A stretch of DNA of 63,298 nt, counting the filler, from an uncultured bacterium (lineage in GTDB: Bacteria > CAZSTA01): the NCBI GenBank assembly GCA_964609495.1. It is 8 parts of 8 records of this genome, joined end to end, with 100 filler letters (N's around TTAATTAATTAA, not from the genome) between each part and the next. Parts side by side here need not be neighbours in the genome. Positions count along the whole stretch, not along the records: positions 47,908 to 55,613 come from CAZSTA010000179.1; positions 55,714 to 63,298 come from CAZSTA010000180.1; 6 more parts are not named here. The stretch is one strand, 5' to 3'. Positions 49,601 through 58,599 of this stretch are shown here, piece after piece (the stretch's first letter is position 1; the number at the start of each line of letters is the position of its first letter). The notes under the pieces are model-generated. The model had not been told where the DNA came from, made no database searches, and saw only the letters and a program-made list of their open reading frames with translations. A program made the translations under genes and the position numbers.

Positions 49601-50419
49601 TTAATCGAGACTTATCACTTTCAACATCTTGAAGAGACGGGTCTGATAGATCTTCTTAGTTCTATCACACGTGGGGCATTTATAAATATGATATCGTCTG
49701 AGGGGACGCCTTCCCACATATTGCATATCTACTAGTTCTTCGTGAGGTTCTTTATCGCTCTCCATCTTCTCTCCCCTGAACCATGTCTCTCCATCGCACT
49801 TTACCTTTAGCTTCTCCCAATCTATGGGTTTCTTTCCCTCATTTCGCGACCAAGTGAGCCACTGAGATTCTCTCGTAACATTATCCGATTCTATCCTCTT
49901 CCTTCTCCCACAGACAAGACAGACATATATATCCCCTGGGAGTACTGCCTTACCCTCATAAAACATTTTGACCGGTTTATGTCTGCTGTAAGCTGAATTT
50001 CCACCGCTACATATTACTCCTTTCTCTTCCTTTTTTTCACCTTCACCAGAGGAGTATATCTTATCTATAACTAGGGCGGAGAGAGAAGCCACCAATACAT
50101 TTTGAGCTTTTTGGGCATCTATACTCCCCTGTCCTTGTGATGAACTCTCGGATAACATCTCCTTCAATAACTTTTTAATCAGTTGATGGATATCCACTTC
50201 CTCTTGGGGAGGGGGCAACTGAGCTGGTTCATTTTTCCTCCGAGTTTTTGGCCACGCTATAGTAACGATGACGATAGTCCCAATTGTAAGCCCTATGCCG
50301 AATGCTATGAGGAGGGTCTCTTTCGGAATATCCAGTATTTTCTCTAAGTGTAAAGCGGCCCACGTCACTACTAAGAGGTATAATATGACTAAAGTAATTG
50401 CGAGGCCTTTAGATCTCAT
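49601..50419 (-). CDS. membrane protein with two C-terminal Cys/His zinc-ribbon-like repeats
   Basis: two TM segments; C..H..YVCLVCG and C..H..YKCPTCD. Confidence 0.75.
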   Translation of the reverse strand: MRSKGLAITLVILYLLVVTWAALHLEKILDIPKETLLIAFGIGLTIGTIVIVTIAWPKTRRKNEPAQLPPPQEEVDIHQLIKKLLKEMLSESSSQGQGSIDAQKAQNVLVASLSALVIDKIYSSGEGEKKEEKGVICSGGNSAYSRHKPVKMFYEGKAVLPGDIYVCLVCGRRKRIESDNVTRESQWLTWSRNEGKKPIDWEKLKVKCDGETWFRGEKMESDKEPHEELVDMQYVGRRPLRRYHIYKCPTCDRTKKIYQTRLFKMLKVISLD

Positions 50420-50470
50420 TTTTTACTCCCTCGGGATGAGAGATGGGAGGCTAGGTGGGAGGATTATCCT

Positions 50471-51511
50471 CTAATTTCCATTTGTAGTGAAGAGCGCTTC
50501 TACAAAATCGTTAGGATCGAATGGACTAAGATCGTTTACTCCTTCCCCGATCCCTATATACTTAACAGGAATCCCCAACTCATCAGCGATAGCGATGATT
50601 ATTCCTCCCTTAGCTGTGCCATCGAGCTTGGTTAGGATTAATCCAGTAATCCCTACAGCTTCATTAAAGAGGTGAGCTTGAGACATACCATTTTGCCCGG
50701 TAGTTGCATCCATCGCTAGGAGGACCTCCTGGGGAGCATCAGGTATAGCTTTGGCGATGACCCGCTTTACCTTCTTCAATTCCTCCATCAGATTTTTCTT
50801 AGTATGCAATCTTCCAGCGGTATCCACTAGGACAACATCTACCTGGCGAGCTTGAGCGGCTTGAATAGCATCGTAAACTACTGCGGCGGCATCCGCTCCT
50901 GGTTGGTGCTTAATTACCTCCGCCCCGACTCTTTTGCCCCAGATCTCTAATTGCTCTATTGCAGCGGCTCGGAAGGTATCTCCCGCGGCTAAAAGAGGCT
51001 TTAATCCAGCATCTTTGAATTGCTGAGCCAATTTACCAATAGCCGTCGTCTTTCCAGTTCCGTTCACTCCTACTACTAGAAGGACGGTTAATCCCCCCCT
51101 CTTCATCTGTAAAGGCGTTACTTTCTCACCTAAAATAGCTCTGATTTCCTCTTTCACAAGTTCATAGAGCTGAGCCGGTTCTTTTACCTTATCTTGTTTA
51201 ACTCTCTCTCTCAGATCAGCTACGATGCGGGTAGTGGTGTTTACTCCTGTATCCGCTTGAATTAGGACCTCTTCTAGCTCTTCGTATAGTTCCTCATCGA
51301 TCTTAGCTCTGCCAGAGAATATCTGGCCTAGGCGATCCACCAATCCCCCTCGAGATTTAGATAGACGATCTCTCAGGTGAGATAGCCAGTTCCTTCTCTC
51401 CTTAGTCTCCCCTTCGATCTCAGTCTGAATTCCTTTTGACTCTTCCGTTTCCTGCTTTATCTCTTTCTTATCTTCTTTCTTCTTACGTTTGAAAAGATCG
51501 GTTAATGACAA
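50471..51511 (-). CDS. ftsY: signal recognition particle receptor
   Basis: GVNGTGKTT, DTFRAAA, DTAGR, TKLDGTAKGG. Confidence 0.97.
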   Translation of the reverse strand: MSLTDLFKRKKKEDKKEIKQETEESKGIQTEIEGETKERRNWLSHLRDRLSKSRGGLVDRLGQIFSGRAKIDEELYEELEEVLIQADTGVNTTTRIVADLRERVKQDKVKEPAQLYELVKEEIRAILGEKVTPLQMKRGGLTVLLVVGVNGTGKTTAIGKLAQQFKDAGLKPLLAAGDTFRAAAIEQLEIWGKRVGAEVIKHQPGADAAAVVYDAIQAAQARQVDVVLVDTAGRLHTKKNLMEELKKVKRVIAKAIPDAPQEVLLAMDATTGQNGMSQAHLFNEAVGITGLILTKLDGTAKGGIIIAIADELGIPVKYIGIGEGVNDLSPFDPNDFVEALFTTNGN

Positions 51512-51529
51512 CTTATGCTTCCCCTTTCC

Positions 51530-51700
51530 TCAAATTATTCCCCAATGATAATTTTTTGGAGATCAGCTCTCCATTAACTTCATTAGTCAACAACTTTTTC
51601 AAATCCTCCCTAAAATGCTCAAATAACTTAACCTTGTCACTTTCCTCAATAACTGCTCTTTCTTTTTTAGATATAATCTTTTTAAATCTTCAAATTCCAT
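51530..51700 (-). pseudogene. internally deleted type II restriction endonuclease (BsaWI-like)
   Basis: MEFEDLKRLYLKKKE joined out of frame to IEESDKVKLFEHFREDLKKLL, directly after the MTase. Confidence 0.6.
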
Positions 51701-51705
51701 AATTC

Positions 51706-53037
51706 TCACTTCTTTAGCCCAATTACAATATATTCTATAGGGTAGGCTTCTGAATTTGCCTCATTGTTACTGGCAAATCTGCCCGTTTTCTCATCTTTCT
51801 TTTGGGGGAGTATCTTCAGGGGGATTTCCCTTTTTATTATTCTATCAAGTTTAAAACCAGAGTATTGTAAACTCTTAGCAAAAACCTCAGCATTGAGTAT
51901 ATCTACACCCTTCAGTTTCGTATCACCTATAACATAGCAACATCTGCCACCAGGCCTTAGAATTCTGTAGCTCTCAGTAAACACTTCTTGCATATCAATG
52001 AAAAATGCTTCAATTTCTTTTGCCATCTTTTTGCTTTTCTTAGACATTTCAAGGACAATATTTTGGGCAATTTTACTTTTTAATTTTTTATCTTCGTATT
52101 TTTTATATGAAGTTCCGATAAACTCCTTTTTATAATCTGTTAAATCATCTGCCAAATCAAGCCAAATCGTTGATAATTGATGTAAGTCCGCATATTCGTA
52201 ACTGGTAACATAAGGGCTTGAGCTTATGATTAAATCCACACTATCACCGGGGACAGGCTGTCTTCTAGCGTCACCAATCTTGATGTTCAAATATTTATTT
52301 AAATTCTCTCTTACTTCTATAGGAACAACATTATAAAAAGCATCATTCCCTCTCTGCATTTTCTTTAAGTGTCTTCGCAAAGCATTATAAGGTTTTATCG
52401 AGTTCTTATTTAAATCCCTTATTGGTTTTGTGCTTCCCTGGGACCACATAGAACAATTTTTTAAAATATGACTGAAGGCCACAAGGAGAAAATCCCTGAT
52501 TGTTAAATCATCTTCTTTATAAATAACTCTCAATATTCTTCCAAGTTCATCTCTGTTTTCCTTAGTAAACCAGTAGTTAATTCGGTCAATATGTTTTTGA
52601 GGGAGTAAAGGTTCAATCCTTTCACGAAATAGTGATTCTTGAGGCCCTTCTAAAGATTTTACTGTTGACAAAAATTGCTTTATTTTTCTATCAAGATATC
52701 CTGGATTTATAGGCGTTGATTTTACCTTGGTTATCAAATAAGCTATTTTATTAATATCTGTTCCACTCGCTCTTAAACCTCTTGATATTGTAGTGACTAC
52801 AGTAGTTCCACATCCCATAAATGGGTCGTTTATATGGGCATCTTCATTAGAGATATATTCATCAATTAATCTCTCGACCAACTGTGGAATAAACTTAGCA
52901 GGATAGCGATGATAGCTATGTGTCCACTTGCCAGTATCAGATGGCTTGCATTCCTCAAAAGACCACTTTTTATCGATTTGTTTTGCATTAAATATTTTAA
53001 CTGTCTCCTCCGCTGATATCATCTGTTGCTGCATCAT
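51706..53037 (-). CDS. N4-cytosine DNA methyltransferase
   Basis: HSYHRYPAKFIPQ, DPFMGCGT (motif I), SSSPY (motif IV). Confidence 0.9.
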   Translation of the reverse strand: MMQQQMISAEETVKIFNAKQIDKKWSFEECKPSDTGKWTHSYHRYPAKFIPQLVERLIDEYISNEDAHINDPFMGCGTTVVTTISRGLRASGTDINKIAYLITKVKSTPINPGYLDRKIKQFLSTVKSLEGPQESLFRERIEPLLPQKHIDRINYWFTKENRDELGRILRVIYKEDDLTIRDFLLVAFSHILKNCSMWSQGSTKPIRDLNKNSIKPYNALRRHLKKMQRGNDAFYNVVPIEVRENLNKYLNIKIGDARRQPVPGDSVDLIISSSPYVTSYEYADLHQLSTIWLDLADDLTDYKKEFIGTSYKKYEDKKLKSKIAQNIVLEMSKKSKKMAKEIEAFFIDMQEVFTESYRILRPGGRCCYVIGDTKLKGVDILNAEVFAKSLQYSGFKLDRIIKREIPLKILPQKKDEKTGRFASNNEANSEAYPIEYIVIGLKK

Positions 53038-53074
53038 ACACGTATTATTATCCTTTCATGTTAATTACCGTTTC

Positions 53075-53145
53075 GTCTGACGTCTGGCGGGTATTTGAAG
53101 TCCGAGCGAAGCGAGGATTTGGGCGGAGTGCCGAAGGGCGGGCTT
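53075..53145 (-). mobile_element. attC-like half site (partner arm at 53859-53886)
   Basis: minus strand ends in GTCAGAC (GTTRRRY-like); GGGCGGGCTT pairs with AAGCCCGCCC at 53859. Confidence 0.5.
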
Positions 53146-53780
53146 CATTTTCTACCCTTTAAATACAATGCTTTTGTTTTATCTCCTATAAGCTGAACTT
53201 CCTCTACCTTAAAATCTGCACTTTCCACAAGGGAACTAAATTCATTTGGCGAAAGGTTAGTTTCAAAATAGCGAGGTGGTATTCCCCTTCTCATAAGGAA
53301 TTTGATGCCTAATTTCATTTTTTCAAGCCATTTCATTCCATATCCTGTGTAATCTGCGAGAAGTAACAATCCACCATCCTTTAGAATTCGATAACTTTCT
53401 TCAAGACATGCATAGGGTCTTTCAATAAAATGTATTACGTTAACAGCGACTACCGTATCAAATCTTTCCGATGGGAAAGGTGTATTTTCACAATCAGCTT
53501 TTTCAAGGGCTACGTTTTTGTATTCTCTTAATTGCGCTCTTGCTTCTTCTAATATTTCATCTGAAAGGTCTGTGGCAATAACACAATCCGCGTTTTTAAC
53601 TATTGCTTTAGTGAAATATCCTGTGCCACATCCAAATTCTATAACTTCTCCTAGATTGCGTTCTTTAGATAATCTTCTAAACATTACCTGTTGAATAGGT
53701 CTTCCAACTATATACTCCGTGCCCTCATCGTAGTCATGAACAAATCTGCTCCAATATGTTTCTTGCTTATCTTCTGTCAT
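53145..53780 (-). CDS. class I SAM-dependent methyltransferase
   Basis: EFGCGTG, ATDLS, FDTVV, YRILKDGG. Confidence 0.9.
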   Translation of the reverse strand: MTEDKQETYWSRFVHDYDEGTEYIVGRPIQQVMFRRLSKERNLGEVIEFGCGTGYFTKAIVKNADCVIATDLSDEILEEARAQLREYKNVALEKADCENTPFPSERFDTVVAVNVIHFIERPYACLEESYRILKDGGLLLLADYTGYGMKWLEKMKLGIKFLMRRGIPPRYFETNLSPNEFSSLVESADFKVEEVQLIGDKTKALYLKGRK

Positions 53781-53934
53781 GCTTACCCACCAACATTTTT
53801 TAATTTATTTGCCATCATAGATTGTACATCCAAAGATATTTTATAAATGTTCCTTTTTAAGCCCGCCCGAAGCAATTTCGCACAACTTAAAATAACCAAA
53901 CTATACTTTATTTTCAAATAATTTGGCTTTCGCA

Positions 53935-54406
53935 AAGACTTAAGTCGAACTTCAATCCTGCTCTTTATATCTATAGGAAGATGTACCTCCTACTTCCTCA
54001 GAAGATGCTCTTCCCTCTGAAGGTCTAGCCATTCCGGGAGATTCTATCTCCCTTATATTTTATAGATAATTTTTGGATATCAGGAGGGCGACGGAGATCG
54101 TTATTTACATAGTATTTACTTGCTCTAGAGCGAAATATTCTTCGGCCTACCTCGAGTTCGATGAAATTGAGGGGAAGTAGATGATCGGAATTATCAAACT
54201 CTATTAAGACTTCGTCCTCCCTTAAAAGATAACCTTCAGCACTTCCCCTCTTAAAAAGTTTCACTATACCCAGCGGATAGTATCGACTATGTTACTCTTT
54301 CTGCATCCCTTTGATCTTACCAGGGCAATGATACCAGACTCTAGCTCTAACTTAACGCGATCGGCAAAGCTTTTAAAGCCAAGTATCTCAATCTGTATAG
54401 ATGCAG
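53935..54406 (-). pseudogene. smc: chromosome segregation protein SMC, degenerate 5' remnant
   Basis: IEILGFKSFADR..RSKGCRKSNIVDTIRWV*; FDNSDHLLPL..RRIFRSRASKYYVN; RPSEGRASSEEVGG; between spoVS and ftsY. Confidence 0.85.
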
Positions 54407-54408
54407 GA

Positions 54409-54699
54409 CTAAAGACCTCCGCTCTCAGGAATTTGCGCATATCTGTGTTGGCATAGGAATTTTATAGCTGTCCTCTCTTCTCCGTCAACTTCGATCTTTA
54501 CAAAGGATGGAATGCATACTAAGTCGATACCGTCTAGGGCAACGAATCCACGAGCGATAGCAATAGCTTTAACTGCCTGATTTACAGCTCTCGGTCCAAT
54601 AGCCTGCACCTCGGCTGCATTATCGCTGCGCAGGACAGCTGCTAGTGCTCCAGCTACCGCTTTTGGTCTTGATTGGGCTGATACTTTCAGTAATTCCAC
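54409..54699 (-). CDS. spoVS: SpoVS family protein
   Basis: LKVSAQSRPKAVAGALA, QAIGPRAVNQAVKAIAIARG. Confidence 0.95.
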   Translation of the reverse strand: MELLKVSAQSRPKAVAGALAAVLRSDNAAEVQAIGPRAVNQAVKAIAIARGFVALDGIDLVCIPSFVKIEVDGEERTAIKFLCQHRYAQIPESGGL

Positions 54700-54950
54700 A
54701 TCGATCCCTCCTTGTTGATTGCTATGCGAACTAGTTTAACGCTAGACCAAACAGTTTGAGGAACCATCCTTCTTGCCCTAAACTATAACAGTTATTTCTC
54801 ATTTTGTCAAGTGATATTTATGAATAAGCTATCGATTCGATAGATATCTTGATCTTGCTATCTCGACCAGTATGTGCTATAATTACGCTGGATGAGATAA
54901 AGGAGACAAGGGAGCTTTATACATATCACCTCTTAACAGGTGAAATTCTG

Positions 54951-55013
54951 TTGACAAATTTGTAATTAAATGTTAAAATTGAATAAAATATTGTTGAGAT
55001 AAATACTCGGGAT
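54951..55013 (+). promoter_or_regulatory. cysteine desulfurase promoter with candidate IscR/Rrf2 box
   Basis: TTGACA-17 bp-TAAAAT; ATTGTTGAGATAAATACTCGGGAT at 54990-55013. Confidence 0.5.
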
Positions 55014-55038
55014 TATGCTTAGAAGGGAGGAAATAGCT

Positions 55039-55613
55039 ATGGGGAAGAAGAGGATATATTTAGATAATGCCGCAACGACTCAGGTTCATCCAGGAGTGGT
55101 TGAAGCGATGTTGCCTTATTTCACTAAATATTACGGGAATCCCTCCAGTGTTCACTCTTTTGGTCGGGAGGCTCGTAAGGCGATAGATGAAGCTAGAGGA
55201 AGGGTAGCTAGTTTGATAGGAGCTGATGAGAAAGAGATCGTCTTTACTGGCGGTGGAACTGAGGCGGACAACTTCGCTATCCGAGGGGTAGCTTGGGCGA
55301 GTCGGAGGAAGGGTGATCATATAATAACCTCCTCCATCGAACATCATGCGGTATTGGAAACCTGCGAGTATATGGAGAAGAGGGGATTTAAAGCCACCTA
55401 TCTACCAGTCGATAAGTATGGTTTAGTTGATCCTGAGCAGGTTCGAGAGGCTATAACGGATAAGACGATCCTGATCTCTATTATGCACGCCAATAACGAG
55501 GTGGGAACTATCGAGCCGATAAAGGAGATCGGAGCTATAGCTAAGGAAAAGGGTGTCTATTTTCATATAGATGCGATCCAGACCGCGGGCCATATCCCCG
55601 TCAAGGTTGATGC
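55039..55613 (+). CDS. nifS: cysteine desulfurase (NifS/IscS), 3' truncated
   Basis: YLDNAATT, GNPSS, FTGGGTEADN, IEHHAV, NNEVGT. Confidence 0.93.
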
Positions 55614-55785
55614 NNNNNNNNNNNNNNNNNNNNNNNNNNNNNNNNNNNNNNNNNNNNTTAATTAATTAANNNNNNNNNNNNNNNNNNNNNNNNNNNNNNN
55701 NNNNNNNNNNNNNGGAACACTGAGATTGAACTAAAGCCCTTTATTCCCCCCTCCCTTGACGGGAGGGGGTTAGGGGGAGGGTGAT

Positions 55786-56637
55786 TTAAGGGAGTTCATT
55801 ATTGACAAGGCTTCGTATTACCCTCATATTTCGCATATCATCATCGTCGCTGTGGCGGGGAGTCTCCATTATCCCTGGAATAGAGGATAAATAGGGATGA
55901 TTGATGATGCGGCGGAATCCCTCCAGACCGATATAACCATCTCCGATATGCCAATGGCGATCTGAGTGGGAATTAAGAGGAGTCTTTGAATCGTTGAGGT
56001 GTAACAGTTTCAGTTTCTCCAGACCGATCATTCCATCTAATTCAGTGAGAGTTTGAGCGAGTCCTTCTTCAGTTGATAGATCATATCCAGCCTCGAAGGC
56101 ATGAGCAGTATCCAGGCAGATTCCAATTCTATCTCTGTTCTCAACTCCTTCTATTATCTGGCTCAATTCTGTTAAGTTACCGCCCAGCTTGGTTCCTCCT
56201 CCAGCGGAGTTTTCCAATAGCAGACTTACTCCGTTGGACGTTCTGTTGAAAGCTTCATTTATCCCCGAAGAAACCCTTCGGACAGCCTCTTCTAAAGTGC
56301 TTTCTCCCCTACTTCCGACATGGATGATTAAGAACTTAATCCCTAATTGCTTTGCTATCTCAAGATCTAAAACTAAGGAATCGACGGATTTCCGCTGAAG
56401 TTCTAGATCAGGGGTCGCTAAGTTGGATAGATAGAGAACGTGGATAAATAACGGATGGATATCCGATTTCCCCATATCCTCTTTGAAGGTCCCTACGTCC
56501 TTCGGATCTAATGAATTAACCTTCCACCTTCGAGGATTACGCGCGAAGAGTTGGAGGGTATCACAATTCTTGGCGTTAGCTCTAGGGGCTACTTTAGAAA
56601 AGCCTCCTGAGATCGAGATATGGAATCCAAAACGCAT
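55786..56637 (-). CDS. nfo: endonuclease IV
   Basis: GFHISISGG, LLENSAG, CLDTAH, HLNDSK, DRH, METP. Confidence 0.94.
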   Translation of the reverse strand: MRFGFHISISGGFSKVAPRANAKNCDTLQLFARNPRRWKVNSLDPKDVGTFKEDMGKSDIHPLFIHVLYLSNLATPDLELQRKSVDSLVLDLEIAKQLGIKFLIIHVGSRGESTLEEAVRRVSSGINEAFNRTSNGVSLLLENSAGGGTKLGGNLTELSQIIEGVENRDRIGICLDTAHAFEAGYDLSTEEGLAQTLTELDGMIGLEKLKLLHLNDSKTPLNSHSDRHWHIGDGYIGLEGFRRIINHPYLSSIPGIMETPRHSDDDDMRNMRVIRSLVNNELP

Positions 56638-56809
56638 CTTAAAACCTCGTTTTCGCTAAATTCCTTACAGAACTATTACTGTGGAGAGTAATGTATAAGT
56701 TCTAAACTTTTCGACCTTGAGCTCTATTTGATAGGGAGGTAAAGCCGAAGATCGATTTTCGGCTTAGGGGGATTTCCTCCCTCAATATGATAAGATCGGC
56801 GTGCCTTGC

Positions 56810-57565
56810 TCAGGCTTCCACCGCTTCGGTTTGAACTGGATGAGAGGTTATAATCTTGCTATCGTAAGTAGCGCGGACTCTCTCACCCGGTTTCAAAACT
56901 AAAAATTCCTCCTCATCCCATTCTCCCTCAACTAATTTTTTGATTATCCTCATATCTCCTTTTATCTCTTCATACCCCCAATTATTCTCAGCGGAAATTT
57001 TTTGGGCTTCCTTATCATAATTCAGAAACTTGGCTAATTCCATCTCGATGAAAGCTCCTCGAGTATAGTTAGTTTTCCATTTCCCTTCTATTTCCATCAG
57101 ATATTTGGCGTTCTCCTCTCCATACTTTTCTACATATTCCTGATAGGTCTTGCCTAAACCTTTTCCCATAGCTTGAGTTCGTTCCATCTGAGCTCCTCCT
57201 CGCTCCATCCAGCCAGTGGTGTAGTAGTAAGTTCCTGGATATTTGGAGAAGTGCTCATTGTATCTTCCCTTAGATCCTAAGAAGAGAGTTATACAATCAT
57301 GAGCTCGGGGGATCACCAAGGTTTTATCTTTAACTATGAGACCCTCTGTTCCATTACAGCAGAGTCCATATCCTAAAGCTATAGCCTCGTATTTATCATC
57401 CTCCAAAGAGGAGTCTATTCTTCTTTGAAGCTCAGTCCGCATTGCATCGGGGTTATCATGCAATCCCTTAGTCATAAATTCCACATCTACTATATTTTTA
57501 GAGTGTGCGGCGCATAAACATACCTCCCTGAACAGAACCTCGCAAGATATTATCTTTAAACGCAT
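56810..57565 (-). CDS. DUF1638 family protein
   Basis: ISCEV, GLHDNP, LGYGLC, PRAHDCITLFLGS, YYTTGW. Confidence 0.85.
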   Translation of the reverse strand: MRLKIISCEVLFREVCLCAAHSKNIVDVEFMTKGLHDNPDAMRTELQRRIDSSLEDDKYEAIALGYGLCCNGTEGLIVKDKTLVIPRAHDCITLFLGSKGRYNEHFSKYPGTYYYTTGWMERGGAQMERTQAMGKGLGKTYQEYVEKYGEENAKYLMEIEGKWKTNYTRGAFIEMELAKFLNYDKEAQKISAENNWGYEEIKGDMRIIKKLVEGEWDEEEFLVLKPGERVRATYDSKIITSHPVQTEAVEA

Positions 57566-57580
57566 TATTTTCCTCCTGAA

Positions 57581-58405
57581 TTATGGTTCGATAACCCCTA
57601 ATTTTGCTACCTCTAATCCCCTATCCTCTAGGGCTTTGAGGAAGGGATTTATCCCCAAGCAATCACTGGCTATATGACCAGTAACTATCAGATTGCCCTT
57701 CTTCTCCTCCTTCAACCTCCGGTAATCATCTTCGCCGATATGGATATATATGACTGTATCCACGCCATTTTCAAAATAGGTATTAGCAACTGGATAGCCA
57801 CCGTTGGTCAACGCTCCATGGGCTACAACCGTTTTCCCCGCTCTATTCATCTCATCTCCAACAAGAAGTTCTATCTTCGTCTTAGCGTTTTTAAACTCGC
57901 CAAACTCGTTCAGAGCGGATATGATATCCTTCAAAGTAGCCGAACTATCTTCGGCCAGAGTCGCATCGATCTTCTCCTGCATTCTCTTCCTTCCCATCTC
58001 ATCTAAGGGACAGTGGATATTTAAGAAGGGCATATTGAGTAATCTAGCGACGGAAGAATTATGATCGTAATTCGAGCGCTGAGCAGTGATCTTCATCATC
58101 TCCACCCGTTCTTCCCCAGCCTTCCGCGCTTTATCCTCCGGGACTCCTGCGGCTATCATAAAGTCGATATGTCTTAGAAATACCTTCCAAGAGTTCAAAC
58201 TAACTACCCCTGCGGAGGGATGATGAGCTATCACCGCGTCATATCCAAGCTCTTTGGCTATGTATAACTCCGCTGGGCCGATATCGATCCCGAATAATAC
58301 TCTCTCGATCCCCTCTCCTGGGTTATAGATACCAGAATCCGCAGGGATCTCCCTAAATCCTACTAGCTCTAAAGCAATCTGCATAATCTCCTCAGTATTA
58401 AGCAT
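57581..58405 (-). CDS. NIF3-like metal-binding protein
   Basis: FGIDIG, IAHHP, IHCPLD, GHIASD. Confidence 0.75.
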   Translation of the reverse strand: MLNTEEIMQIALELVGFREIPADSGIYNPGEGIERVLFGIDIGPAELYIAKELGYDAVIAHHPSAGVVSLNSWKVFLRHIDFMIAAGVPEDKARKAGEERVEMMKITAQRSNYDHNSSVARLLNMPFLNIHCPLDEMGRKRMQEKIDATLAEDSSATLKDIISALNEFGEFKNAKTKIELLVGDEMNRAGKTVVAHGALTNGGYPVANTYFENGVDTVIYIHIGEDDYRRLKEEKKGNLIVTGHIASDCLGINPFLKALEDRGLEVAKLGVIEP

Positions 58406-58599
58406 TTTATCTCCTCTCCATCGTTTAGAGAGCGGTCGAATTTAAAATCCGACCGCCAGTCTATATTGTAACCTCCGTTTTACAATTATTAGAAGTGAAA
58501 TTGAGAGCGATCAAATCCCCTAGCAGTAGAGATTCTTTGAGCTTCAGATCGATCTCTGTGATTGATCTTTAACCCTACGCAATCTAATAGGATAGATGA

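Noticed and set aside
54025-54264. 79-aa hypothetical protein
   Set aside because: It is one frame of the smc pseudogene.
7994-55713. TTAATTAATTAA recurring about every 8 kb
   Set aside because: Artificial six-frame-stop contig linkers inside N runs; gene adjacency across them is meaningless.
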